Source: Antedon mediterranea
Lineage: Eukaryota > Animalia > Echinodermata
Length of the DNA stretch: 64,000 nt
NCBI RefSeq assembly: GCF_964355755.1
Contig: NC_092673.1
Location: forward strand, 26,719,648 to 26,783,647
Reading direction: 5' to 3'
In this document: positions 1 to 13,900 of the stretch, piece by piece
Layout: each line of letters opens with the position of its first letter
How positions within the stretch are numbered: position 1 is the first letter of the stretch
Translations under genes and position numbers: made by a program
Notes under the pieces: model-generated
Database searches by the model: none
What the model saw: only the letters and a program-made list of their open reading frames with translations
What the model was told of the DNA's origin: nothing

Positions 1-79
1 ATAAAGGTATCTACATATAAGTGTAATGTATTTTAATTCATTAGAACAATTAAAATCATATCAAAAAATAAGTACTTAC

Positions 80-1444
80 CTTTGACCCCAAAACAACCAT
101 CATTTGAAACCACACTTGGACCTAAATGGTATAGAAATATCGTCAACAGTGAATGAGAATTAATATGAATGAATTAGAAATACCACATGAATTACCACAC
201 ATATACAATACATTTCAATGATAACAAACTGGCTAAAGTTAGAATGTGCAATGAGTTATTTTAAACATCACACATCATCACCAGAAGAGTTAAATGAAAA
301 CAATAATCTCTTTTCACTCAATCAAAAAAGTTTGTGTACATTATCAGGGAAATTAATTGCATGGTTTAGTAAAACCTATTACAAGGTATACCTTTATTGT
401 CAAAATCTTATATTATAATTTTGAGATATTTGTATTATTTTCATGATTCTACTAAGATACAAAGTGATAAATATTTAAATATATTATAATACAAGTTACT
501 ATATTTTAAAGTTTTGATTAAATACATTGCATGCCATGTACAGTGTTGAAAATCTGAAACGGTTTGTGGAAAAAATGTTCTGTCTCAGTCTAGCCCTTCT
601 TGATCTGATAATAGTCTTGATTAATTGAGTTAATTTTCTTAAGTTTAAAACATATTATCTAGAGATTTCACTTCAACACTGATAATTCTGCCAGCCTTTT
701 ACAATGAATTTGACTTTTGTTGTTAACATTGATATGAGAGAACCAAATAATTATACATAATATAATATAAAAAAGGATTGATTGGACAACAAATCATTGT
801 TTGGACAAAAATGTTATGAGAATAAAATATCCATAAGTTGTATACTATACACACTGTACATTACCTGACAACAATATGTTCCTGGGTTGCTTATGCGTTT
901 CCCATTTGTGAATGATTGTGTTGACTTGCCCATCAGCTCCTGTTAGAAAACTGCACACGGCATACCGGTACTCTATTGCAGATCCAATAGCAACACAGTT
1001 TATATCTATTTCCAACTTCCATCTGTCAAATTAATCATTAATATTACATCATTTATTTTTCATTATAATAAAAATATTTTTTCTAAAGCTCTGTCTACAA
1101 ACTTTACGTAACAAAAAAATGTGATATGCACATATATTGACATGATGATGACATGTCCAAAGAAATGAAAAGATTTAAACAAAAAATAAGTAAATGAGTT
1201 ATAATAATCATGAACACTCAGAGCACACCATACAAAACTGCAGGTGTTTAGACTTCAGAGTTTTGCTATGTTTGTGGAAGGGATTGTAGTACGACTACTG
1301 TTATATATACTTTGTGTCTTTTGATTTTTGCAGTGGTTTCACCCCGTTGCATAGCCAGTTGCCAAGTTCTTTACAGTTACCAGTCAACACCACAACTTGA
1401 CCTAGGTCAACATCAGCTTCAATATTAAAGACAAGCTTAACCAT
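80..1444 (-). CDS. GPCPD1: Glycerophosphocholine phosphodiesterase GPCPD1/GDE5, N-terminal CBM20 exons (partial; continues beyond left edge)
   Basis: Not in the ORF track. Coding exons 1444-1311, 1022-865 and 121-80 have AG/GT ends and compatible phases. They translate to MVKLVFNIEADVDLGQVVVLTGNCKELGNW...WKLEIDINCVAIGSAIEYRY...TIIHKWETHKQPRNILLSGPSVVSNDGCFGVK. LGNW and HKWETHxQPR..DGxFG match the CBM20 region of vertebrate GPCPD1 as I recall it. Acceptor at 1452-1453, 7 nt before the ATG. Confidence 0.88.
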
Positions 1445-1625
1445 TTTATTTCTAGAAAAACGATTAAACAGAAAATGTGCTAATTAATTATAATGAGAAT
1501 ATTATAACTGCACACAGACAGATACTGTTCAACAAACATCAATAGGAAAACCTGATATGGCTGGCTAAATGTATTGTTTTAATGTCAATTTGATTGATTT
1601 CAAGTGAAAAAACTATAGGCTACCT

Positions 1626-2682
1626 CAGGCCCGTAGCCAGGGGGGTTTTTATGGTTCGGGCGAACCCCCCCTTTACAGTGAACCCCCTTTAACCGACTGC
1701 GAACCCCCATCCCCGACATGCCCAATACCTCACTTTCATCTCCGAAAATCGTCCAAATACGTGCCCCACAGTACAAAAAGTTGTTCGTAAATTAAAAAAT
1801 TCGTAAACTCGTTCGGAATAACTCATACAGTACCTTCTTCCCTGTATGAGCGTACTTCGAGCGATATAGTCTGTAAAGAGTTGCAAATGAATTGCCGATT
1901 TTAACCTGAAAAATAAATGTTTGGTCCCTGCATGTAACATGATATTGACGCGTCTCACAGCGAGCTGGGGGACGAACGATTCGTACAAAGGACACCGCCA
2001 GACAACTGCGTACCAATTGTTTAGATCACTGGCAGTCAGGCAGCATGCATAAAGTATATAGCCTTCCGGCATACATCAGTATTTATGTGTGGCTATGAAG
2101 TATAATGTATCATAGAGGATTATAGTGAATATTAATATTTTACACTATAATATCTATGGTATCATGTACTGTAGTTCACATTATGGCATCCGATTATTTT
2201 TTTCTAGACCACCAGCCGATACGTACTCCAATGTATCAATATCACCTATTTACATTGGCATATTTAATTTCCTCAACAAATTCCTGTAAATAAATATTAT
2301 AGATAGAGCTATAATAAGAATTGCATTTGCCTTCACCCAGTGTGCTTTTTTCGGGGCTTCTCCTAGACGTACGTTCGCATTGAACTTGAATGCAAAACAA
2401 AATATCGAGTAAACGGTCAAACAATCGGCGGTTCCGCACAGAGCACGCGCATCTAACATACGGCAACAAATGTTATCGTTTAAATAGTCCACGAGTCCAA
2501 GTACGATCGTTTTGCTCATTGGTAGCATGCTGCATGAGAGTGTCTTTTCCGGCCATCTAGGGGTGTCATTTAACAAAATTTGCTTCGCCTCAGGCGGGGG
2601 GGGGGGGGGGTAGGTATGGGGGTGGGGTGACCCAAACACTTAGTGTGCGAACCCCCATTGACAGATCCTGGCTACGGCCCTG
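1626..2682. mobile_element. Non-autonomous hAT-like DNA transposon
   Basis: 16-bp TIR CAGGCCCGTAGCCAGG / CCTGGCTACGGCCCTG (1 mismatch), subterminal CGAACCCCC motifs, flanks CTACCT / TTACCT (6-bp near-duplication), CpG-rich interior, no transposase ORF. Confidence 0.8.
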
Positions 2683-2898
2683 TTACCTACTAGTACTACT
2701 AGTACTAGGCCTAGGCTTAGGCCTAGTAGTAGCCTATTCCTCTAGCTAGTAGGTCCTAAACTATCTTGCTTGCCCTACAGTAGTACCTAGGCTTTAGCCC
2801 CTCCCCTCTCTCTGCTGGGCTACGCCTAGTCTCTAGAGGCGGACTGAAGAGACTCTTCATGGGCTACTACTGCAACGTCTCCTCCCTTATATACTTAC

Positions 2899-3060
2899 AG
2901 TTACAATGGTTAAAACAGGAAATGAATTTCTTCATTGATTTGAATAAAGAACAAAAACTGTTAGTCGTCAGAGCTAGCAGCCACCCAAAACACTTTCTTT
3001 CTCGATCGACTGTCTGTTTTCTCTCTTTTTTTTTAAATGCAAAACTGAAGGGCGCCACCA
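2899..3060 (-). promoter_or_regulatory. Probable non-coding first exon / promoter of GPCPD1
   Basis: Strong minus-strand donor CT|GTAAGTA at 2898, local CpG enrichment, and the ATG exon begins with an acceptor so an upstream exon is required. 5' end is approximate. Confidence 0.5.
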
Positions 3061-4972
3061 GACTTTCTAAAACTTTTAGCAGAACTTTAGCTGTTTTATT
3101 TGTGTACTAGATCGCGAACAAACAACAAATTAAAAAAAAAAAAAAACATATTGTGAGGTGATTGTTTATTAAATATGGTACAATTATTAAAAACAAAATG
3201 TAAATTTGCATATATTAAAAAAAACCTATTGGAAGTAAAAGATAATATCTATACTATTTCTGAAATAATATATCATCAAATAAATTTGAATACTGTATTA
3301 TTAAAATACATCTGGAAAATCTATGCAAATTACTCAAATTAAAATATGAACCCATTGACAAAATCAATTGAGCGTATCATCTTTAATGGCTAAATAAAAT
3401 GCTATATAAAAAGCGCATGATACTGTGGAAAAACCACAATTAACAAATAATCTTTATGAAAGTCAATAATATGCAAATCTATGCAAATGAAAACATTAAC
3501 AACTGTACATAGGGAGAGGTATAAAAATACAATAGCTACAATGGAATATAAACTTACTTCTAAAACACTACTTGATAAAACTAAAACATTCAATACAGTC
3601 GCTGGTTACGGAAATTCGGTAACATACTAATGCATGCCACCAAGTGAGAAGGCTAGTTGGTATATTAGACTCGAAAATTAGGTATAATAGTTGGTATTCT
3701 GGACTTTTGAATTGCAATAGAGCGTTTCAACCATCTTCAAATTTTGTAATCACAAATTCTTCCAGGATATTACCAGGTTTAAGAATTTGGCGTTATTTTG
3801 GACATAATCAATCTGTTGATTACGACACAGTTTAGTGTGTCAACAGAAGTAGATGAATCCTGTTGCCTTTATTCAGGTACTCTACATCATAAGTTAACAT
3901 TATTAAGCATAGAGTAGTACAATGCTTAAAGGAAGTTTGTAAGCATTTGCGCCTTGAGTGCAACGCTCGTAATAATGCATAACTGATGGGGACAGAATTT
4001 ATAAGGAAACATGAAACTATACAGCAGAAAGATAAATACAGTGAATGATGATATATATTAGCACCAAGATAGAACCATCCCTAAATTCCCAACCAATAAT
4101 CTAAGTTTACTTTAATATCTCTTTCACATCACATATCAAAGTTTAAACACATCGGGGCACACACCATAACGAACGCATATGTCCACACCTCTGTGTTAAA
4201 CTCCGGAGTCTCCAAAGCGATGTGAAAAGGCTATATGTATCTGGTAGAAAGAATTTTTTTTACTTATAAAATTAGCACCACTATCATTTACAGATCCTCT
4301 AAATTACCAACATTATATTTCACTATAAGTGTTTATTTATAACTTACTTATCTAAATTTATAAAAAGTGATTGTATAATGGACAATAAAAATGTTTATTG
4401 AAAATGCAGCACTTTTGTAACAATACTCCTTCACTTTAAGCATATCAACATGATGACAACTTGTGATAAATGTCGGAAAATAGCGAAATTGTAAGAAAAA
4501 CTTTGGTAGCTGGTTGATTACTCACATAAACACCATAAATCCATTGTGCGATATTAATATTTTGAAAGAAAAACCTGTTAAATAATTTTGATTATAACTC
4601 ATTAACTTAAAAAATATTATACCATAATAACTACCAACAACCAAAGCTTTTTGTTGTGTATTTGGCAAAACGTTAAAATGCTTCAAACTCATAAGAACTT
4701 AATTTCAACTATTTACACCAATGCCGATAAAAAACGAGACAAGCATTGGGAATTTTAAAACAATATAAAATATGAAACTAAAGCCTAACTCTGGCCTAAC
4801 AATGATAAATAATATAAAAGACAATTGTGTTTTATTTCTTTAAAATTTGGCAATAAATAACCATATAATGAGCTGCACTACAATCAACTAATTTTCAAAA
4901 GATATTTTCGAGCGACATTATGTCACATGAAATTGCAACGCATTTGAATATCAGAAATGCAAATAACTATTA

Positions 4973-7900
4973 TTAAGGGATTGGTTCAACTTCAATACGA
5001 ACTTTATTGTAGCAATTACTCGGAAGAGAATCTCTGATATCCTCAATATTTCGAACATCTGCCTCTAGTTGCGTTATATCTATTTCGTACTCATTAAGCC
5101 ATTTTTTTTGCTCCACGTTGCGGGCTTCTAGCGTATTGATCTTAGTGTCCAGTTGAAGGTCAAGTAGAAGCGTTCTATTCAGACCGATTAGTTCTTGCTC
5201 TAACTCCTCCAAACGTCTGAAGTCTAGATCACCAAGCTGGCCTGTAATTAGTCAAAATATCTGGTTATCTTTCATCAAATTTGCATAATATTTATTTAGA
5301 ACAGATACCAGTACTCTCACAAAGGCACGTTAAAGTTTGAAATTTGAGATACGTACCAATATTTTCAAGTAGTGCCGCTAGAAGTTCTTGAGCGTCCTCT
5401 AGACTGGACTTTGCCATCTTGGTAGTCGCCTCTGCACTGTTAGCTTTAGCAAGGGCCTGTGAAAATGCAAAAATTACATTAAAGTACTTTCCGTGTGTCA
5501 TAAATGATGGAATTCATAATGCCTGGTGTCACACTACCATAACATAATGACTAGAAATTTGTATTTGTTTTAGTTCCAATGAACCACTACTTTTTAGAAT
5601 TTAAGGAACTTACAATGTTTCAAATTAAATTGGTCTAGGTAAAATAAAAACTGACGTAGAATTTTAAGAAAATAACATAAGACAAAATTTAATATTAAAA
5701 AAAACGAAAAAAAGTGTGCATAAGGAGGCTAAAATAGGTTTTAAAAGGTTTAAAGAAAAGGCAAAATAGGCATACAAATCATTGAATAGAATTCAAATAA
5801 TAAAATAGATTAAAAAGTAAATTCCCTATTTAAATTAATTGACCATTACAAAGATTATTACCAGTGGTTACTCATCTAATTAAATTTTATAATTTACGAT
5901 AGATGACGGTTGTCATTGGCGAGTTAAAATGGTCAAGTGGTTAAGGCAGAGGCGTTTACCATACCTAAAGAGCCAAAAATATTGGCATGGGTTCGAGGCC
6001 GACTAGATCCTAGTTCTGGTGGTAAAACAAGTCTTCTCGTTTAAGAATTATAAAACGTATGTCCAGTGTACACAATTTACCAGTGTGCACTTTAAAGAAC
6101 CCAGTTCATCATTCGAGATGAATAGAGGGTTACCCTGGTGAACTGGTTCACAAAATAGCCCCTGTATCAGGGAGATTACCACCTATCTGTAATTAATTTA
6201 CTATTGGTAATCCATTTGTGCCTAAAATAAAATAAAATGCATCATTGAAACTTACTTCAGCAGCTAGTTGTTCGTCAGAATCTGCTTGATCTTCCAGTGC
6301 CTTTAATTGATCTTTGACCTCTTGTACTTCTCCCTCTAGTCGTACTGCCGTACCTTGAAGATCTAATGCTTCGTAAAACGTTTGGTTTGCCTCATCTTTT
6401 ATTTTCTTTGCCTCCTATTGCAAAAAATATACATAAGTTGAATAGATGACCTGACCTGACACACATTGACCCGACTTCTATATGAAACCCCATACATTAC
6501 AATATATAGTTCTAAGAGTGTAAAGGGAGGTCAGATAATACACCACATGATACAAGTATAAATAACAGTAATATTTTTAAAGATATATTTTCATCCTGAA
6601 AAAATTAATTGTTTTAATTTTTTTGTTTAATAAGCCATTTATTTTTTTTCATTTTATAAGTGAAGACATTATTTTTTGGTTTTTTTTTACGGATTAAAAC
6701 TGCAAAATAGCATATTCAATGGTTTTTTTATCTTCATTGTTCATTTTGGGGGACAATACATAATATCACAAATAAAAATATTCAAATACAGATTAATGTG
6801 CTAAAATTAAACATTGCTGATTATTAAAAATGGAAAACAAACAATGGTACATACTTCTGAAGCCATTGTGGCAATATCGAGTGCTTCATCCGCGATCTTT
6901 CTTGCATTAATGGCATCTTCTTTTGCAGCATCAACAGCTGCCTTGGCATCATTTGCGGTATTGTTTGCTTCGCTGATGGTTTGCTCAATGTCTGGTAACT
7001 CACGTAGAGCAACTTCTGCGTCTTTCTTACTGGCTTCAACTTGGTCATCAAAAACTTTAAAACAACACTTACTTCAATCAATCTCATTTATTTTTATATT
7101 AAGCATTACAACGTACTGTAGAACTGTTTGGTTGCCACTCAAACAGGACAATGAAGTAGGCTCAATGCATGTGAGTTGACCAACCACAAACGACCGATTA
7201 TGTATCACATCGTGATTGGTCAAATTGCATGGATAGTCATCAAACATCTATATCCCCTTGTTTTTGTAAGTAAGTTGGTCCCTGAATAGGGCTGCAGCAT
7301 TTCATAAATAGGGGTGTTCCAAAGGAGGGGTCTTATTGTAATACAAAACTACTACTACTTTTTGCGCTAAGCAGAATTATGTATGATTTTTTCAGTATTA
7401 CCAACCTTTCAGGGTATCTCTTGTCTGTTCAGCATCTTCTAGGGCCTTATCCGCATCTTTCTTCGCTTGTTCTGCATCAGCTTTGTGGCTATCAACAGTG
7501 GCCAAGAGTCTATCTGTTTCCTGTAATGAAATGAATACTATGTTATATAAATATTTTATTGCTATGGTCCATTTTAATTTCTATTAACAGTGTTTTGGCT
7601 GAGTGCCCCTCTGCCCACCCACTCAGCCTCTGAGAACATGCATAACATGGACACTGGGTGTGCATTCCTTTCTGGTCTCAAATATATAAAACATGTTATC
7701 AATATACTAAAACAAAATTTAAAAACCTGTTGTAGTCGTCTCTTTTCATCCAATAGACCTCTTCCTTCTTTTGATTTTTCTTCTACATCAGTCAACAACA
7801 TCTGGTTATCGTTAATCAATGCATTAGCTTCATCTTGTATTCTTTTGGCCTACAAAAAATACAATTTATGAATGTAAAATTCAAGGAGGGAAATTTTTTG

Positions 7901-10900
7901 CACCGTGCTTTTAGGCAGTTATATTTAAGTGGATTGAAGCATTAGGAAACTTGTATCATACCGAAGCTATAGTACTAAGGCTGAAAAAATGTCTTTACCA
8001 TTCCTGGCAAAGGTACATTCACATTTGTGGAAGACAGCAGCATTTTGTTGAATATAATAATGGAAAATCATATTAAAGAATTCAAAGGGGCGAAACATAA
8101 CAAGTATGAATGCAGCTCTGGTTGATTAAATACCTCTGTAATGATGTCTGTAGCATTTTTCGACATGGCGTCAGTGTCAAAGGATGGAAGTGGTTTCTGA
8201 GCTTCGTTAAGCAGGTTAGTGCTCTCGTCGTGAGCATCCTGGGCACTCATCAATGCTTCAGAAGCAACGCGTTCTGCCTCGTCAGCTAACGATTCAACAT
8301 CAGTATACCTGAAAAACAAATGATTTTGGTTGAGAAGATAGATCAAAAAGTAAAAGCTCTGTACAATGGGCATGCATATATACACATATCGTCAGCAACA
8401 CCACGAAGAGACACTAACCATGCAGCTGTTTGATATAAACAAGTGCTTTGGGGAGAAAAAATGTGGTTTAGTAGAGAGTTTTATATGCCTGTAAAGCTAG
8501 ACAATTAAGCTAAAGGTGTAAATTTATTGTAATCTTGTTAATAAATGAACTAGTATGTTAAGGCTAATAATATTGTCTTGTGTGAAAATGCAAAATCCAA
8601 TTCATAACGTAATGTCTAGCCACGTTAGTATTACTCTGTGGCGTCACCGACAATATATCTGTATTGTCATATATTTACCAAAACATTCAAACTATAATAA
8701 TTGGAGTAGAAATGGTAGCTATCAACACTAATTAGTGTGTAGGGAGAAGAAGGGTGTTGGGTTGGAGCCGGTATCTTTTCTATTATTGTCATATACACCA
8801 AATAAAACAAAATGGCTACCTGGTTTCTAAGTCGTTGACTTTTGGTTCAATGTAGTCAAGATCTTCAATTCCGTTCACCACATCCAAAGCATCATTTGAC
8901 GTTTTAAGGGCTTCATCTGCCGTTATTGCGATTGCATCTGCACTATTTTCTAACCTATAATGAAACAAACAAAGCTATGATATAAAACAGTGTCTAATAT
9001 CTTGGAAGGGTGTTTTTTCTGTTCTCTCCCCTCAGAGGGGCCTGCTAGGAACAAAATTACACTTTAAACAAATTTGATCCTAAACTTCTAGCTATTCAAG
9101 TATAAATTGTGATTACGATTAATTTGTGATTATGATTAATTTACAATAACTTGAAATGCTCTGTCACTAATAGTGATTTAACCAATCACAAGCGATGGAT
9201 TATTCAATCGGTTGTCATTGGTCAACTTGCTTATGTTGCGTTTACATCCTTGCGTTACGTCCTAGTGGGACTCAAGCTTAGACAAGATTAATCATACGGA
9301 TATGTATATTCATCAAAATGGTATTATGTTTAGAAAGAGATAAATCTAATTCACTGGATTATTAATTGAGAAATCATACCGATCAGCAGCAGCAGTGGCT
9401 CTGAAAGTGAGTTCCTTCATTTCACGTTGTTGCGCTGTACTGTTCTCGTTGGCTTGACGCAGCTTTTCAATTTCCTTGTCACCTTCGGTTTTCAAGTAAT
9501 CCTTTGCAGCGTTCAATGTTGCTTGTGCCCGATTTAGGATGCCTATTGTTTGTGAGATTGCTGTAAAAAGCAAAACATTAATAAATTATATATTAGGAAA
9601 AAGCTTTGTTTCATTTTGTTTATTTTTCACTCATTTAAATGCATTTAAACAAACATACATATACAGTGTATAATATATGTGTGGAAGGAGGTCACAGTAA
9701 GTTCCTTGAACTTTAAGTCAAGTCCCCTTATCAGTAAAATAAAGTTCCCACCTGTCCGACTCAAATTTTGATTAAATTGCATATACAAATTTCTAAGAAC
9801 CATAGCCCGGCATCACTATCTTGGAAACTACATATCTTATGAGACTAATTTTCTTTGTGGGTTTTTTTGACATAGTGGATCATATTTGTGGAATTTCGTC
9901 AAAATCAGAGTCAGGTGGGGAGCTCTAGTTTATTTGACACGAAATGACCCATTAATAAATTCTTCATAAGGCGTTTAAAGATAAATCAATGAGATAACAA
10001 CTTGTTTAAGGGTTCTTTCACACCTGTTCCAGCATGGTTCCAGTCCGGCGCCGGCAAACAAAATCAAACGTCAATGTTTCATTTTCATGACACTCCACAT
10101 GGCTATGCGCCAATCAATATTCATGAAGCCGCATGAAAACAAAACATTGACGTTCATTTGATTTGCCAGCTCCAGAAAGAGGGGTTGTTTTCGAATGTAT
10201 TCTCTAAAAACTTCTCCACGTCACAATATTGGAATCATTTTAATTTTTGTATGACCCATAGGGTACAAATTTTAAAAATTGGCTAGAAAACAATTGGGTA
10301 TATATTATTATTCTCTTCTTACCTCCCTGAGCACTGTTGGTATCCTCATCAGCCTGGTTTTTGTTTCCTTCAATACGTTCAAGTTGCTCTCTAAGCTGCG
10401 CAATGGCCTCTTCTATCCCAGAAATATCAACTATAAATAATTCAATCATCTGTGTTATCACTTGTCACGAATGAAATTGAACCAATTTATTATACCATAA
10501 TACCCATTGAAAACTTTAAAATTAGATCAACATAAAAGTAAAAAATCACATATGGCCATCATTTTGAAATATACCGATGTTTCGGTTTCTGAGACTCAGC
10601 AGAAAATGAAATAGTATGGAACAGGCAACATATACGGCGTGGTGTTATTTACCTCACTGTAGATGACTTAAATGAAATCTAAATTCAACTTTACGATTAT
10701 GTTAGGCCAAATTTGAACGACAACACCTGGATATTACCTGGGGCTTCCAGTTGTCTGGCATCTGCCAAGACTTTCTTCACTTCTTCGTCTAATTCCTTTA
10801 ACCTCCTTTCAAATTCTTTATCATTGACCTCTGTAGGGTCAACTGTGCTAATCAGTTTTCGCAGCGTTTCCATGGCCTCTTCATGTTCTTTGACCTTATC

Positions 10901-13900
10901 AGCAACCAAGTTGTAACACTCTGGACAATCTATATTTAGAAACCCAGAAATATTATTGATTAATGAAAGTTACCAAGAATACTACTGTGTTTTGAGAGTA
11001 ATTTTCATTGACTTTTCAGAAAGATAGGATGATGGGATAGTCAGTACTAGGTCAGGGGTTAAATTTACTTGTAGTACAGTATCTGTTGATAAAATCCAGT
11101 TGTACTTTAAATCATATTTTCTCTTGGTTTTTCACTTAAGTGCTTCTTAACTACCTCGACTTAAGCAAAATTGTTGGTAAATACCAGTCCTGTATATTAT
11201 AGAATGATTTGGTATTTATGATGATAATTTTAATAATAAAAGTGTAAAGGCCCTCGCTAATGCGGAATGCTTCACCGTTCTGGATTCTGCGAATTCTGCT
11301 TTCAAACTTAAGGTCAAGAAAGCCCTCCACATCACGTGGAGTAAACCTTCCTTGAAAAAACAAATCTATAACTTAGGCGTCACGCTTGCCATATGATTGT
11401 TTGTTGCCAACGTTCCTTGTTGTTTTATCATGCTAATTACTTCCTTATTTACATACAACCTGTTCTGATGATGAGAATAGTTTCTCGAAACATGTAACAT
11501 TTTAAAGAAGTTTGCCTATTCATTAAATGTCTCACTATAGTTATTTTAATTCGATAATAAAAGTAAAGATAACACATGATAGTATCTAACAAATACTTAC
11601 CAATGCAGCCTTGTGAGATATCATATTTGTTAATCTCGCAACTATCGCATTTTACTCCAAGTACTCCTTCCCTACATGTACAGCTGCCCTGTTCAGTACA
11701 ATTCAGATACAACGAACCTAGGGGGTCACAGCTACAAGCTGGAGGATAAAAAAAGATCCATATCATTTAAGATTTTACATTATTAATCAATGCATAGAAA
11801 TAAAGATTTAACAAAGAAATAAACACCGAACGAATATAACTAGATTATTGTAGCTGTTATCCACAGTGGCTGTTTGAACTCATCGCGAAAGGTGTACCAA
11901 GATCACATAAACATTTTGCGTACACTAGACCTACGGTTTATAGTCATAATTATAAGAGAATACTCATTCTACCACCAGAACCATGGAGCGAGTGAACCTT
12001 GAACCCTTGCCGACCTTATGGCTATGTATTATGGTTCCACTGTCCTAATCGTTAGGTCACTTACTTTCAAAATATTTTTGTTTGTTTGTTTCTTTATTTC
12101 CATTCAAAAAATCATAAACATACATAAACAATCATTACAAAACAAAAGAATGGAAATTTTGAATTTGAAAGGAAAGTGAGATGTAATATATTAAGAATAT
12201 AAAGTAAAGTAATATAAGAACTATATTTTACCATCACATCCTGCTGTTGAGAAACTGTAATGGTCATACAAACAAGACTGACACTGTCGGCCATCGACTC
12301 CTTGACGACAATCACACTGTCCCGATATCTGATCGCAACTGTACCTAGTAGAACCTGTTGGTGAACAACCGCACGCCTCGCATCCGTTACCACTTGCGAT
12401 GTTAAAGTAGCCGTCATAACACTCGTCACATTTATCACCTAAGACGTTCTCTTGGCAATGGCAGACTCCATTACGATCACAGGTAAGGTATCCAGAACCG
12501 TGAACATTGCATTCACAAGCTACAAAATAGCAATTTGTAATAGAATTTTTTTTTTAAATAAAATATTTATTGCAGTAAGTAATAAATTCTATTTTTCTGG
12601 CTGGAAAAAATGTCACTTACGTTGACATTGTCCTTTGGGATCAGCCATGGCATCACCATAGTAACCATCTGCACAGTATTCACAGAAAAATCCAGCTGTG
12701 TTGTAGATGCACTTTAAACATTCCCCAGTGGTACTAACAAAAAAAGTTATTTAATAACGATTTAAAGTTTGCAAAAGAAAAAACCTTTTAAATATATTTA
12801 CAGGGGTGGGGGGAAGGACATTTTTCAACAAAAAGAAAAAACATCCTTACAAGCTAGGCTAGTTAGGCCTATTAAACATTACTTCTACTACTAGTCTCTA
12901 GTTGAAATAGGCACCTCGGGTAAAAAGGGAGTTTGTTCAAACCAAATAACAGTCAAATGATAATTATTAGTACAGTACATCAATTGTATTTACCTATCGC
13001 AATTTCCAACCGCATTAGAATCAATATTACCACCACATGTACACCTATTACAACGGGACGCAGGGCCGTTATGGCCGGCTGGATCACCATAGTAACCATC
13101 AGCGCAAACATCACATCTGTTACCTGTAATTTAAATAATAAACATTAAAAATACATTTACAATTACATTTAAATGTTATCTTAAAAATAATTATTTAATA
13201 ATTATTATCTTTACCAATATATCCTTCAGGACACCGGATACAGATCACCTCTCCAAGCGAATCTTGCATGCATTCTGATTGGTCGGGGCATGGACACGGT
13301 AGACAATCTTCACGATTACCACGTGTAGCAACCCCATAGTAGCCCTTGGAACATCTCTGGCAATTGTCTCCTTCAGTGTTATCTTCGCAGCGACAAATAC
13401 CTGAATAGATATTTAATGAAATATTTTAGTTTTAAAAGTAGATGTCTAATCTATACAATACAAGCAACGCTAAACTACTTTCATTAAAAGTACGAGTCGT
13501 AAATTTGAAAAAAGGTAGCCTGGAATGTTTGTCTGTATTTATGGTTATACGAAGTTTGTGTTTATTAGTTTCATTTCTTCATATTTATAGTATTAAAGGG
13601 ACATCTTCAAGATTCAACAAAATGCACCCTGAATAGGCATGTCCCAAACAGAAGTTTTCTTTTCGTACATCAGTTGGGGACTCCTTATGTGAAAGCCATA
13701 ACCACTTCCTAATATAACTTAGCGTAACTCTATAAATAATCTCTCTCTCACTATAAAGTAAAACAAAAATTGCTCATGTGATTCAAACCCCATACATCAA
13801 CATGCAAAGTCCATAGTCTATCCATTTGACTACAGAAAGCTCTTGCATTAGTGAATTGTATTGTATTCTTATGTCACACCTTATGGATATAACTAATGAA

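Noticed and set aside
1689-2639. ORFs of 75-129 aa
   Set aside because: Inside the GC-richer hAT-like element; the poly-Pro comes from a G homopolymer, and there are no domain motifs.
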